From positions 2,480,001-2,544,000 of the forward strand of contig CATNEN010000002.1 of the NCBI GenBank assembly GCA_950097015.1: a DNA stretch of 64,000 bases. Direction: 5' to 3'. Positions 48,462 through 62,368 of this stretch are shown here, in pieces. The position numbers were made by a program, and so were the translations under genes. How positions within the stretch are numbered: position 1 is the stretch's first letter; each line of letters starts with the position of its first letter. Source of the stretch: Macrostomum hystrix. Its lineage: Eukaryota; Animalia; Platyhelminthes. The notes beneath the pieces were generated by a model. That model did not search any database. It saw only the letters and a program-made list of their open reading frames with translations, and was not told where the DNA came from.

Positions 48462-51400
48462 TGTTTTTCAGTCAAAGACAAGAGAACCGGAAGGAAACAA
48501 AGATATCAACTTTTTTGTACTAACACTAGGTCAGGCCTCCGTAAAGCCTGCAGTCAACGCTGCGATCTCGCGCAGGCAATCTTTAATTGAAAAACAAACA
48601 AACAAAAAAACACAACACCTTTAATCTTATTGAACGTCCAGCAGCGCTTGATATACTATAAAAAATGGGGTGGCTGGCGCACGCGGAAAGAATGTACAGT
48701 AAGGGCCGACACAACCTTGGCATCCATGTACCTAGGCCGAGAAAAATAATAATAATAATTTTGCAGAACAACGCAGCCCGACAAATAATAACCATCCGAA
48801 CATACCTCCCTTCCTGATAGAGCACTATCAGCAAAAAGGCGAAAACCAAATCCCACACAACAAAGAAGCCGTGCAACAAAACAAAAAAGCAAATATGATA
48901 AACTTGATAAACTCAAAACCGAGAAAACATTAGGAACGCGGATTACAGGCTCATGAAACTATTAACCGCCGATCCCGCAACTAATGACAACCAACACCAA
49001 AAGGAATAATGAAACACTGTAAAATCACAAAGGCAAAATTTTCACTACTTCATAGCTGTAAAGCATTTTTAAAGAAACCATAACCGACAGAAATCTTTGC
49101 GCAAAAAAATGGTTGACCAGCGAAATCCTTGAAAACACAAGACATTATTAGTGCAAATATGCGACATAAACGATCTAAAGCGAAAAACTAGTCCTAATAC
49201 CCACAATAGCAGGAAAACCATGCAAAGACTATGCAAAAGGCAACGGTTAAACCATTAACAACAGCATCAGAAATTCAACAGAAACACCAATTAATCCAAA
49301 AAGCACAACATTAATTAACAGTTTGTACTTTCACAAGACAGTCACTTTCTGAGCAATCACTGACCATCACGCTGAAGGAGACACAATCTAGTCACTGGCC
49401 GCAGCACAGGCCCACCGCTAGTTCGAAGCTTCGCAACTCGCACGCGGCCGTCCCGGCCAGGGAAAACTTCGAGCACCCGTCCGAGCGGCCATTGTCCTCG
49501 CGGAGCGTTCGGTGTCAGCACCAGGACGATGTCTCCAATGGCTAGGTCGGGCTGCTCGTTGAACCACTTGGACCTCGCGTTGAGCCTGGGGACCCATTCG
49601 CGCAACCAGCGGTGCCAGAAGTGCCGCACAAGCTCCTGAACACGTCGCCACCGTCGTCGTAGACCTTGGTTGCTTTCGTTCTCGGCTTCCGGAGCAAAGT
49701 CGCCGCCCAGCTGGCCATGTAGAAAATGGTTGGGTGTCAACGGAGTGTCGTCCTTCGGATTTGAGGTCTGGTACGTCAATGGCCTTGCATTGATTAGGGC
49801 CTCAGCACCAGTGAAGGCGGAGTGCAACTCCTCGTCCGTGATGTCAGCGTTGCCAAGAATCGCGTGCACGGCTCGCTTGGCGGCGCGGATCATGACTTCA
49901 TGAGCCCCACCAAAATGGGGCGCGGATGGAGGCTGGAAATGCCACTTGATGCCACGCTCGGCTGCTGACCGTCTCAGTTTTTCTTGCTGCTCTCTTTCGA
50001 AACTCCTCAGCTCTCTTTCACCCTTCACAAAGTTTCCACCATTATCGGAAAATACTTCCAACGGCTTTCCTCTGCGATTGATCATTCGGGCGAACGCATT
50101 TAAAAAAGAATCCGAATCCAAACCATACGCCATCTCTAGGTGCACTGCTCTCGTTTCCAAACAGGTGAAGAGGGCCAGGTACCTCTTCTGGCGTCGTGTT
50201 CCACGTCCCTGCACCGTCTCAAATGGGCCTCCGTAATCTACTGCGACGCAACTAAATGCTCGAAGGGACTTTCTGAGCCTTGCTTCCGGCAACGGCGCCA
50301 TCTGCTGCACCTGCGGCACTGCCTTCTGCCTTCTGCAGTGAGCACACTCCTTCTCCCATTCACGTATAGCTTCGCGACCACCGATCAGCCAAGACTTAGT
50401 TGAAAGCGCGGACAACGTCTGGTTCGTCCCACCATGCCCTTGCTCTTCGTGGTAGTGCTTCACCAGCAACTTCGTAGTCCAGCTTCGCCTCGGCAGGATG
50501 ACTGGATGCTTGGCCTGGTAGGGCAGATTTTGGTCGAACTTCAGTCTGCCATCTACGCGCAAAAGCCCCGCACTGTCTAAAAACGGCTGCAGACAGCGGA
50601 GATGACTGGTTGGTAGGACCGGCCTCTCGGCACGCACTTGACGAAGCTCAGCGCGGAATGCTTCTTCCTGCGCTCTTTGAAGAATAGCTTCCTCAGCTTC
50701 TTGCAGTTCGTCGACACTTAGTTCACCTTGACGACGCTGACCCAGTGACACTCCACAATTAAAGATAAAGCGCCGAACCCAAGCCGTAACACTGCGCAGC
50801 CTCTTGTAGCTGGAAAATCGTACTGGATCCAGTCGCCACTCGACCTCTGGTACTTCATCAGCCAACATCGTCATCATGGCGACACTTGAACCGCTCTTCA
50901 TCGCTTCCCGCCGCACTTCCTGATCTCCACCATCTGCCATTGGAACCAGCTTCTCCGGCCAGTTTTCCTCCTCCCCTCTCAAAAAAGCGGGTCCTTCCGT
51001 CCAGACTGCGGACTGGCAAAGCTCTTCCGCGCTGCAGCCTCGTGACACGACATCTGCAGGATTGTGATCAGTTGGTACATGTCGCCATTGGTTGGTCCTC
51101 ACCACCTCTTGAATAAGCGCAACCCGGTTCGCTACGAAAGGCTTAAAAATCCGACTCCGACCTCGCAGCCACCAGAGCACATTAGTGCTGTCACTCCAGA
51201 ACACCGCTTCCTTTAACTCCAAGTTGAGTGCCTCTGCTACCGTCTGAGCTAGCCGAACGCCAAGCACTGCTGCCATGAGCTCCAGTCTTGGAATGCTGCA
51301 GGTTGTCAGTGGAGCAACCCGTGCCTTCGCTGCCGCTTGCCGTACGCAGATTTGAGCTCCGGTCGTGCTCCTCAAGTAAATAACCGTGCCATATGCTAGC

Positions 51401-54400
51401 TGAGACGCATCGACAAAAACGTGCAGCACCGCCTTCTTGCTTGGATCTGGCCATAGACATCTTGGGATTGTTAGACAGCTTAGCGCCACGATCTCAGCAG
51501 CCCATTGTGTGGCTTTCGCACCAGTTTGGTGATCTAACGGCTCGTCCCAGTCAGCTCCATTCTGCCAAATCTCCTGCAGGAGAATTCTTCCGCGAATCGT
51601 GAACGGACTGAGAAAGCCGCACGGATCGAAGACACTCGCCACTCGTTTAAGCAGCTGTCGCTTTGATTCTACTCGCGCTGTCTTGCCGACTTCACTTCCA
51701 GTGACCGAGAGCATGTCATCGTGGCCTGTCCAGGTCACTCCCAGCGCCTTCGATGAAGCTGTCTCGCCGCGAATCACATGCTGCGCTTTTATGGCTCGAT
51801 CTTCCACCGGGATCGTTTCCAGCACCTCGGCCGAATTCGACATCCATTTTCGTGCTCTCATCCCGGCTTTGGCCCATAGAGCTGACACCTCGTTGCGGAG
51901 CGCAATTGCTTCTTCTACGTCGTTCACTGAGTCTAAACTGTCGTCCATGTAAGTGGACTTCAGAATCGTCTCCGCTGCTCTGGGGAACAGCACCTGGTGC
52001 TTCCTGGCATGCTCCTGCGACACGAACTGTGCCAGAAACGGCGAGCAATTGACACCGAATACGACACTCTGAAACTTAAAAACTTCCGGTGCTTGGTCAA
52101 CTTGTCCAGCGCGCCACAGGAAACGCAAGAAACTTCGATCTTCTGGTGCAATGCGTATGCGGAGATACATTTCTTCGATGTCGCAGACGACCGCTATGGG
52201 ACCACGACGAAAACGTAGCAGCACTTTAAAGAGGTCATTCTGCAGCTTTGGCCCTGGCAGAATAATGTCGTTCAGACTTTTTCCTTGACTACGCGCCGAT
52301 GCATCGAAGACCATTCGCACCTTGGTGGTATCCTTGTCTTCACGGATGACAGGAAAATGCGGCAGATACCAATTGGTGGCTTGACTTTCGTTAATGTCTC
52401 CGACCTTCTTGACATAGCCTTTTGCCAGCTGACCGTCCAGCACCGCCTGATATTCTCTTGTTAATCCCTCTCTTTGCTGCAGCCTCTTCTCTGTGCTCAC
52501 CAGTCTCCGCTCCGCCATCTCTCGGTTATTCGGCAGCTCACAGTCCCGCGCCTTCCATGGAATTGACACCTGATATCTGCCGTCCACCATAGTCATCGAG
52601 TTTTTTACTGCTTTCAACGCGCACTGCTCATCCTTCGTTAGCGTACCCCTGCCACCATTCAGCGCAGCAGAGTCTGGCACGTCATCGATCGTCCACAACT
52701 TCTGTATCTCACTGTTGACCTGGTCTTGGCACTCGTGACAGAGGAACGATTCCAATCTCTGGTTGCTGCCTCCCTCCTGATCCACTTGACCGATACAGGT
52801 CCATCCGATTGGTGTTAGCCTTGCTATTGGCTCACCAGGCATTCCGCAGACTTCTTTGCATGCCAGATGCATCTCTGCATTGTCGACTCCAATCAGCATA
52901 TCGACAGTTGGACGGCCTGCTGTGGAATCAAAGGGAATTCCTCGGAGGTGCGCCCAGTGCTCAGCCAGTCTGCTCCAATCAACTGCCTTCATGCCGCCCG
53001 TCACCTTCTCTGCCGTGAACGCTACCACACTTGCTTCAAATGCGCCGTCGATACTTTGAACCGTGACCTCGACTGGTGCTGTTTCAAACGACTCGATTCC
53101 TCCGTTAAGCACTTTGACACTGATTCGCTGCGGTTTTCCTTCTAGACCTAGCTCGGCCGCTACATCCGCATTGAGATACGTACGAGTGCTCGCATCATCC
53201 AGCAACGCGTTGATTCGCACCTGACGTTCACCAGCAACTAGCACTACCGGCACCGTCCGTAGCGCGGTCTCTTTTGCCACCTCAGCCAGCATCGTGCGCT
53301 CCTTCTTCAACCATGATCCAGACACCGCCGCCTTCTTTGACGCTTCCTCCGTTCTACTCACCGGTGGCCTCGCTTCCCGATTTTGATGAAGCATCGAATG
53401 ATGTTTCCCAAGACAACCGTCTACTCCGCAAGGTCTGGCGCGACGACAAGTTAGTCCGGAGTGATTGACACCTAGACAATGAAAGCAAAGCCTCTTCTCA
53501 CGAGCCGTTGCCCACCGCTTTGCCACATCCAGCTCAGCAAACTTTGGGCAGTCCCAGACGCCATGTGGTCCTTCGCAGAAACGGCAGCTCTTCTTTCGTA
53601 TCTCACTGATCGCTCCAGTCTCCGGTGTTTCTCCAAAGTGAGTTCGAAGTGTCTCCGTACGCTGCGGCGGTGGGAATCTTTTACTATTATCATGCTTTGT
53701 CAAGCCTGATGCGCCTTGAGCAGCGATTCCTCGCACAGCCTCCATAGCGACCGTCTGGTACTCCGATTCGCGCAGCAGCCATTGATGAAGAGCGCTCAAT
53801 GTGTCAGCTCTTCCGCTGTCTCCTATCCATCTATGATAGCGGGCTAGCGTGTCCGTCGGTAGCTTTTTCTGCACTCGAAGATGCAGAAGACCGTTGCTAT
53901 TAAGCTCCGACTCTCGCCCTGCTTCCATCAGATTGATCACCGCGACATCTAACAAGTCCGCCAGCTTCTTTAGTTGAGGCGCGCTCTCCATCACAATTGG
54001 ACGAAAACTGTCCAAATCTTCTATTACTAGCACCAGCCTACGCCGCTCTCCTCCGTACTCTCTTTCCAGTCTCTCCAGTGCTGCCTTGTACGCATATTCT
54101 GAATGCCCTAAGTTCGCTATGAGCCGCAACGCTTCACCTTGCAGGCACTGCCTAAGCTGCAGCAACTTGTACACCTGAGAAGAGGGTGCCGCATCCACAC
54201 ATGCATAAAACGCGGCTTTCCAACCTTCATACTGTCGCTTATCACCGGCGAAGTTAGGAATCGCAACTCGCTGCAATTGGCGCCACATATCATTGCTCAC
54301 TTGTGCCTCAACTTCTGCCCCTCTCGACGTACTCAGTGGATGCACAGTCTGCTGATGTACATTGGGCGAGCGTGACTGTACAGCCGCTGGGGTTTTTGGG

Positions 54401-55465
54401 CTAGGCATTGGCTGTATCGATCGCGTTTCAGACCCCCCTTCGTGGGCAGTCCCATCAGCCTGCTTACCCCTGCCGCCTGATTCATCTCTCTCTAACTCGG
54501 CCCTCTCAGTTAAGCTTGTGCCTGCGCCAACTCCGTCTGCCTTGCCGGTAACAACTCTTAGCCGCTTTAACTCCTCTGCTAGCTGCTCGTTCCGCCGCCG
54601 GTAATCATTCTCAAGCTCTATCTGCGCACTCTCCAGCTCTAGAGCCCTCAACTCCGCCTCTTTACGCTGCTGTTCCAATCGCTTTTGTTCTTCCCTTTCC
54701 GCCAGTCGCGCACCTTCCTCTTCCTCAGCCGCAGCCTGCTTTCTACCGCCTTTTAGCATTTCCGTCATTAGACTCACTGTTTCACCGTAATCGCTCTCTA
54801 CGGTGTCCATCTCCTTCAGGGTCTGGTGACGCATCGGAATATTGTCGTCGGCGATCTCCAGCAGCTTCTCCAGTGCAGCCGTGACGTCGTCAAACTGATG
54901 CTCCAGCGTGGTCGCGAGTTGCTGCACTTCAGAAAAATGCTGGCCCCAGCTGCAAGTCGTTGCACGAGCCGATTTCTGCTTTTTGTAAACGCAGTCTTTG
55001 CCTTGGTCTTGTTGGCCTTGGCCTCCATTAGTTGAAGCTCTTGCTCCTCTGCGGCCGCGCTTGCCTGGTCTTCAGATTCTTCTGTTTCCTTCGGCATTTT
55101 CCTAACCACGCTCTGCTACCACTATGTTTTTCAGTCAAAGACAAGAGAACTGGAAGGAAACAAAGATATAAACTTTTTTGTACTAACACTAGGTCAGGCC
55201 TCCGTAAAGTCTGCAGTCAACGCTGCGATCTCGCGCAGGCAATCTTTAATTGAAAAACAAACAAACAAAAAAACACAACACCTTTAATCTTATTGAACGT
55301 CCAGCAGCGCTTGATATACTATAAAAAATGGGGTGGCTGGCGCACGCGGAAAGAACGTACAGTAAGGGCCGACACAACCTTGGCATCCATGTACCTAGGC
55401 CGAGAAAAATAATAATAATAATTTTGCAGAACAACGCAGCCCGACAAATAATAACCATCCGAACA
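48462..55465 (-). mobile_element. Near-intact BEL/Pao LTR retrotransposon in an intron of gene C
   Basis: LTRs 48462-48802 and 55125-55465 (341 bp, TG..CA, 4 differences counted). TSD GTGTC. PBS TGGTAGCAGAGCGTGGTT (55121-55104, tRNA-iMet-like). PPT AGGAAGGGAGGTA. Confidence 0.96.
49357..55097 (-). CDS. BEL/Pao gag-pol polyprotein (one frameshift near 54935)
   Basis: 1856-aa ORF: gag with three Cys/His knuckles, protease ALLDDAS, RT YMDD, RNase H, integrase (HHCC; VDYGGP..SDNG..E). The N-terminal extension from the ATG at 55097 is in another frame. Confidence 0.92.
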
Positions 55466-56149
55466 GTGTCAACTCCACTGGCGAGACAGTTAGTGCGAAT
55501 TTATAAATATGTTACATCACAGCTTTTCTCACCTGTGTGTGTGTGTGTGTGTGTTAGAATTGAATTGGTAAAATGTGCAAAGCAGACTTCAATTCAATGA
55601 TATATTGCTCAATGCTAGCGAGCCCTCCAATTGGCTGAACTATTGATCCACTCGCTCGCTCAACCCAGCCTTATCACACTAACACTCTTACCCCAGTTCG
55701 GACCTCCTCCTCGCGGTCTGTGGTTAGCCGCTGCAATGTCCACAAATGTACAAATATAACCAGACGAAAACCAGTAGTTTACCCCATGTCACTTGATTGA
55801 CACATTTTTGCAAATAATAACTGCCACTTTCTTAGCCCGTTACTAAACTGAAAGTAGGACAACCATTACTGTGGGTGGAAGTAAATTTTCCATTGATGTA
55901 AATTAACAATGATAAACCATTAATTATCGAAGTAAAGCATCAATTATCGAGGTGTTAGCATGAAGTTTTAATAGGGAAGGAAAATTTATCGAGAGGAAGG
56001 CATGAATTAGCGACGAAAAAAGAAATCGTCTAAGGGGAGCATAATTTATCGAGGAGTATTGGAAATTGTCGAAGGGTAGCAGAAATTTTTTAGGGAAAGC
56101 GATTTATCGACATGTAGTGCAAGTTATCGAGCGGGTTGCATAAATTATC

Positions 56150-57930
56150 GAGTGGTAACATGATTAATTGAGTGGTAACATGATTAATTGAGTGGTAACA
56201 TGATAAATTGAGTGGTAACATGATAAATTGAGTGGTAACATGATAAATTGAGTGGTAACATGATAAATTGAGTGGTAACATGATAAATTGAGTGGTAACA
56301 TGATTAATTGAGTGGTAACATGATAAATTGAGTGGTAACATGATAAATTGAGTGGTAACATGATAAATTGAGTGGTAACATGATTAATTGAGTGGTAACA
56401 TGATAAATTGAGTGGTAACATGATTAATTGAGTGGTAACATGATAAATTGAGTTGTAACATGATAAATTGAGTGGTAACATGATAAATTGAGTGGTAACA
56501 TGATAAATTTATTGGTAACATGATTAATTGAGTTGTAACATGATAAATTGAGTTGTAACATGATTAATTGAGTGGTAACATGATTAATTGAGTGGTAACA
56601 TGATAAATTGAGTGGTAACATGATTAATTGAGTGGTAACATGATTAATTGAGTGGTAACATGATTAATTGAGTGGTAACATGATAAATTGAGTGGTAACA
56701 TGATAAATTGAGTGGTAACATGATTAATTGAGTGGTAACATGATAAATTGAGTGGTAACATGATAAATTTATTGGTAACATGATTAATTGAGTTGTAACA
56801 TGATAAATTGAGTTGTAACATGATTAATTGAGTGGTAACATGATTAATTGAGTGGTAACATGATAAATTGAGTGGTAACATGATTAATTGAGTGGTAACA
56901 TGATTAATTGAGTGGTAACATGATTAATTGAGTGGTAACATGATAAATTGAGTGGTAACATGATAAATTGAGTGGTAACATGATTAATTGAGTGGTAACA
57001 TGATTAATTGAGTTGTAACATGATAAATTGAGTTGTAACATGATAAATTGAGGGGTAACATGATAAATTGAGGGGTAACATGATAAATTGAGTGGTAACA
57101 TGATTAATTGAGTGGTAACATGATTAATTGAGTGGTAACATGATTAATTGAGTGGTAACATGATTAATTGAGTTGTAACATGATTAGTTGAGTTGTAACA
57201 TGATTAATTGAGTGGTAACATGATTAATTGAGTGGTAACATGATTAATTGAGTGGTAACATGATTAATTGAGTGGTAACATGATTAATTGAGTGGTAACA
57301 TGATTAATTGAGTGGTAACATGATTAATTGAGGGGTAATAATTATTTAATTTGAGTTAATAATAATAATATAATTGATTACACCTGCCCCAATTGGGTCA
57401 GATGTGCAGTCGACAGCACAGCCGCAGCTAATGCGCGGCGCATCTGAAGGCTGCGTACAGCTGTTCAGTCCATGGACTGGGGGGACGCCACACCCACCTT
57501 CAATTATCCCAGCTGATGCTGGTACCCATTTAACAGCTGGGTGAACTGAAGCAATGCAGAGTTAAATGTCTTGCTAAAGGACACAAATTGTTCAGGGGAG
57601 TCGGGAATCGAACCCCCGACCTTCAAGTCGTGAGTCCGACGCCCTAACCACTAGGCTACAACCTCTACCAGTGGTAACATGAGGGGTAACATGATAAATT
57701 GAGGGGTAACATGATAAATTGAGTGGTAACATGATAAATTGAGTGGTAACATGATAAATTGAGTGGTAACATGATTAATTGAGTGGTAACATGATAAATT
57801 GAGTGGTAACATGATAAATTGAGTGGTAACATGATTAATTGAGTGGTAACATAATTAATTGAGTGGTAACATGATTAATTGAGTGGTAACATGATTAATT
57901 GAGTGGTAACATGATAAATTGAGGGGTAGC
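56150..57930. repeat. 20-bp minisatellite CATGAT(A/T)AATTGAGTGGTAA interrupted by a SINE
   Basis: Arrays at 56150-57335 and 57680-57930. Confidence 0.96.
57375..57670 (-). mobile_element. tRNA-derived SINE family 1 (other copies 6345-6610, 43180-43385)
   Basis: A box TAGCCTAGTGG, B box GGTTCGATTCC, conserved central GTGTCCTTTAGCAAGAC..AAATGGGTACC, AT-rich tail. This copy is inserted in a 20-bp array. Confidence 0.85.
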
Positions 57931-60296
57931 ATGATTCATCAAAAGAGTAGCAGAAATTATCCAGGGGTGCAGGAATGGATTAGGGTTAGCTTTGATTTAT
58001 TAAGGGGCCACCATAAGCTTTCTAGGGGTAGCATGATTTATTAAATGGGTAGCAAGTTTTATTGATTGGGTAGCATGATTTTTCGAGGAAAAAAATAGCT
58101 TTATTATTTGAGTGCGACATGATTCTTAGATGTGACATGATTTATCACGTGAGTAGCATCCGTTTTCTAGGTGGGTATAATGAATTATCAAGGGAGTAGC
58201 ATGACTTATAGAGCTGTAGTATGATTTATCAGAAGTAGCATTGTTTGACAGACTGAAAAACTTTCGTAATTACAGGATAATTCGAGGATAAGCTGTGAGC
58301 AGTTTATCGCAAAATAGAGATTCATTTATTGGTTTCAGAGTAATAAAAGCGCGCACAAATCAGCTCTAATTGATCAAATTATTGAGATTTTAGAGATATC
58401 TTTACTTGTGCAAGCCCTTGTGTGCAGGGCATTAGATTAACAACTATTATCGTTTCTAGTGTATTTTCTATCGAAACGTACCAATAAGCTGCATATACTT
58501 GCAACTGGCTCACAAATTGGTTTTTTGTCTTTTCACATAATTTCGTGTCCAACTACTTCCTTTTAAATAACTAGCCGCTTATTGACCATTAGCTTCTAGT
58601 ATCAAAACACTAGAAGTTACTCATTAGACTATAAAATAATGATTGAAGGATTTCTAATTATTGCTCGTAGACAGCACATCTCAGATTTGTTATTGGATTA
58701 AAAAAGCATGTGCAAGAAATCCCTAAAAACTGTATCTCATGAATAAAACTCACGTGGGACCTTAACGAGCGGTACAGGATTCGAGTATCTCCTTGTGCCA
58801 GACAGTGTCGGTGCGACGGTCTCGTCTGAAAATTGAAGACAGAAAAAACTTGCCAGTAAAGTAATCGGAAGCTATTGTAAATAACAACAGAACGTACTAA
58901 TCTGAATGGTGTCGTTGACGGCCGGATCTTGGGCGTTGGCGCTCATTGGCGACAACAGAAGGCCAAGGAATAGGCAGGCCAGGACAACTGCTGGCTGGCC
59001 CATGGCTTTGCGCTGCTGGTTGAAAATAATTTCTAATTAATGTCTCAAAGATTGAAGATAGAACTCCGCCTAAACTTGCCTAGATTTCTGCTGCAAGTGT
59101 CCATATTTATAGCAACGGGTCTTATAGTGGACCCGTTCACACTGCTGAGGTGGAGAGCGAGGCGACAACCAATAGAGTGAGTGCTTCGCTGGTCGCTATT
59201 GGCTGGAGCTAAGGCATGCGCATCAGGAATATCTGGAGTCGAGATCAACCATCTTGTTGAGTAAGGCCCACATGTCAGCGCCCCGTAGAGTTTTAGCCCA
59301 TTTGTGAAAATGGATTAAAAACTAAGCATCTGAAGTGTTTTACAATTTTTGACCTATTACAGCACTAAAACAAATACATTACTGAACTGAAGATGCACTG
59401 GAATCGATGAAAATATGTGAAACTCTTTCTCAGCTAAGAGCTGATCATGTGAATCTTCGATGAAAGTACGAAAAAGAAACTTTATCGTAAAACTGCGCGT
59501 TAAAACGTGTACAATAGTACGATATTACAGATTTAAATACACTCATCGTTTAACTAATTAATCCATCATAAGGCCATGGATAATTTATTTTGCTTACATA
59601 AAATGAAGCCTGAGTTAAAAAACGTTATATCCTTATTAACATAAGATCGCTTCATCATCAAGCCTAGTTAACGCAACAACAACAACAATAATAGAAACAA
59701 TATACGCCAGAGTTAGAGAAAAGCGTCAGAAGGCAAGTTTCAAGGCCTGGGCGCGCACATAGGCAAGGTCTCTGGCCGTGAGCTTGAGGTAGCCACAATC
59801 GAGATCGGCTTTACAACGACGATCGTGTTTTTCTACTTTTTTTTACCTCATGGGACTACTTAGCACAAAACAGTATTTAGTACAGCCCTGCAAGGTAATA
59901 ACTGCATTTTAAGCCGAATAGAAATAATATCCGCAGGAGAACCATATACCTTATTTGAGATTGAAGATGTTTGCTAGCAATCGGCATGCACAAATGCTTA
60001 AGTATTATGGCAAGAATGGCAACGCCATAATGGTTCCGGAAATGCTTATTCTCAGAATCTGCAGTGTGGGAAAAGCCTAGGGAATGCATTTTTTAATAAC
60101 ACAACTTTGCTTTATGGTTATAAAAAATTAATAAATGTTGATGACCACATCAGTTCTTTTTTTAGCCAAAAATGATATCTCGTGTTGTTTTACTTATTAG
60201 TGTGAATAAAATGAAAACTTTGAGGAATTACTTTTTGTCCAAAGGATGGAGAATCAGGGAAACCGTCATTATTGGGAACAGTTACAATTCTAGCAG

Positions 60297-60560
60297 CTAT
60301 GGGGAGCTTATGGGTAGACTATGGGGAGCTTCTGGGGAGCTTATGGGTAGACTATGGGGAGCTTCTGGGGAGCTTATGGGTAGACTATGGGGAGCTTCTG
60401 GGGAGCTTATGGGTAGACTATGGGGAGCTTCTGGGGAGCTTATGGGTAGACTATGGGGAGCTTCTGGGGAGCTTATGGGTAGACTATGGGGAGCTTCTGG
60501 GGAGCTTATGGGGAGACTATGGGGAGCTTCTGGGGAGCTTATGGGGAGACTATGGGGAGC
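60297..60560. repeat. 33-bp minisatellite GGGGAGCTTCTGGGGAGCTTATGGGTAGACTAT
   Basis: About 8 units. The paralogous sites (about 19790 and 27420-27470) have one unit or less. Confidence 0.95.
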
Positions 60561-61998
60561 TTGTAGCCGCATGGATAAATCTGTGCTATTACGAAAGGTT
60601 TTCACTCTGTCAACCAATGCTACCCTTCTGATAAATCACACTAACCCTATATAACTCATGCTACTCCCACGATAATTCATTATAATGTCTCGATAATTTA
60701 GCTATATTTCAATAGACCATGCAACCCTCTCAATAGCTTATGCAGCACCCTCGAATACTTATGCTTCTGCCATTTACTTGATGTATCACGCCTGCTATCA
60801 ATAGATATCTAGCTCTATTATTTTTTAGTTTCGTGTTTTCTTAAAAAAATAACTTTGAGAATATAAAAAAATATTCCTAACTGTCCTGCTTAAAAACACG
60901 CCTAATTCTAAAAAACAATTATGCCATGCATCAGCTATGAGTAAAATATTTCTCCTTGTCTTGAATTCAATAATGATTGTAGCAATGCTCAAAAACGTTT
61001 CTTTCGTTTCGAAAATAAAAAACGCTAACAGCAAGTATGCTCGAACAGTTTTCATTTAGTGCTTGCAAGAATGCTTGAAAGAAAGTTAAAATATATAATG
61101 AAAGAAACGCTTATACCTTTGCTTAAGGCATTTTCTTATATTTGTGAATCTAAAAATGCTGGCAGCGAAAATTCTTTCCTCGGTTTTGTATCGAAAAACA
61201 CTTGTTGCTGCAGTCTAAAAATGCTTTATTCTATTCTTAGTGCGAGAAGAATTATTAAGCTAACAAACATTTGCCTCGACTATCTCGCGCTAATCAAAGC
61301 GCTTACTATTACCAGTTAACTGTACCTGAAAAGACAAATAAAGAAAAAAAAAATAATAATAATACTGTTATCTACGTTTTTAACTGATGATAATAAAATA
61401 TTATCAACAGCTCCAATAGACTTCGAGCTAGATGAAAAAACGGCACAATGATTGAAGTCGAGACAATTTGTGACGATATATGGACTGCAGTTTTCAGGGA
61501 TAGAAAGGAGGAGGAAGGGTCTGACTAGCATTGAGAAATATGAAAGTAAAATCTGTGTAACTTACAGAAGTTTTTAATATGTCAATAAAAATGTTAATAT
61601 TTTGATAAAGAATTCTACCTGTCTATAATTCATGCTACTCGTTCGATAGTCCATAATCAGTCCTCGATAATTTATGCTACCCCTTCAATTAATCATGCCG
61701 CCCCTTAATAAGACATGCTACCCCTCGATAAATTAAGCTACTCCTTGACAATTCATGCTTTCCCCTCAAAAAACCATGCTACCTCTGCAAGCCTTGCAAA
61801 TGCCTTGCAAATACAATGTTCTGAAGTGTATTTGCAACTAAATCGAAAAGATATATAGGATGGCACTATTTTGAAGGATAGCATGAAAATTGAAGTTTAT
61901 ACCGCAAGATGTCAAGATAAAAAATGTTATGCAAAGAAGGGGAAAGCATCAAATTATCGATGGGTTAGCTTGATATATCGAGGAACAGCATGAATTAT

Positions 61999-62241
61999 AG
62001 ACGTTCGCTTGCTGGAGCTCTACACCGGTGATGATGTTTACTTTCAATTTTCGAATTACACGCAGGTACCTCTGTACTCCTGCCCTGATGCAGACTAGAG
62101 AAGCAGGCGAATATGACTTTCCATCCTGCCACTTCAATTTAAAGTAGAAGTACCTTAAGTACTGATTGAGGGTTTCGGCCGGCACTTCTGAAACGTCTCG
62201 TAGTTTCTCACTCGCGAGGAGATTAAGGAAGCGTTCCCCGT
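61999..62241 (-). pseudogene. N-terminal fragment of another YR1-like recombinase
   Basis: GERFLNLL..TLNQYLRYFYFKLKWQDGKSYSPASLVCIRAGVQRYL..NIITG aligns with the YR1 N-terminal domain. Confidence 0.8.
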
Positions 62242-62368
62242 GATCTGTCATTACTTAATGCTACTAAAATTAGGCAACCAGTCGACATAGACAAACTTTC
62301 AGGCTTTGCTGCAGTGGGCCATAGACAAAGATTTAGGCCTTGATGTGACTCGTACTTATAACAAGTTT

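Larger units (their letters stand above)
42635..59003 (-). pseudogene. Gene C: paralogue with signal peptide, internally deleted exon 2 and 5 Ig domains; one 1-nt frameshift (possibly a sequencing error)
   Basis: Exons 59003-58898, 58825-58754 (72 nt vs 288), 48069-47915, 47048-46895, 46727-46200 (528 nt vs 529 in B; A5 vs A6 run), 45688-45462, 44961-44771, 44685-44460, 43853-43616, 43524-43514, 42744-42635. Phases are compatible except for the A-run. Linking exon 2 across the satellites and BEL element is inferred from strand and phase. Confidence 0.7.

Noticed and set aside
57600-57670. Possible tRNA gene (also 10930-11000)
   Set aside because: A and B boxes continue into a SINE body and tail, and degenerate copies are dispersed.
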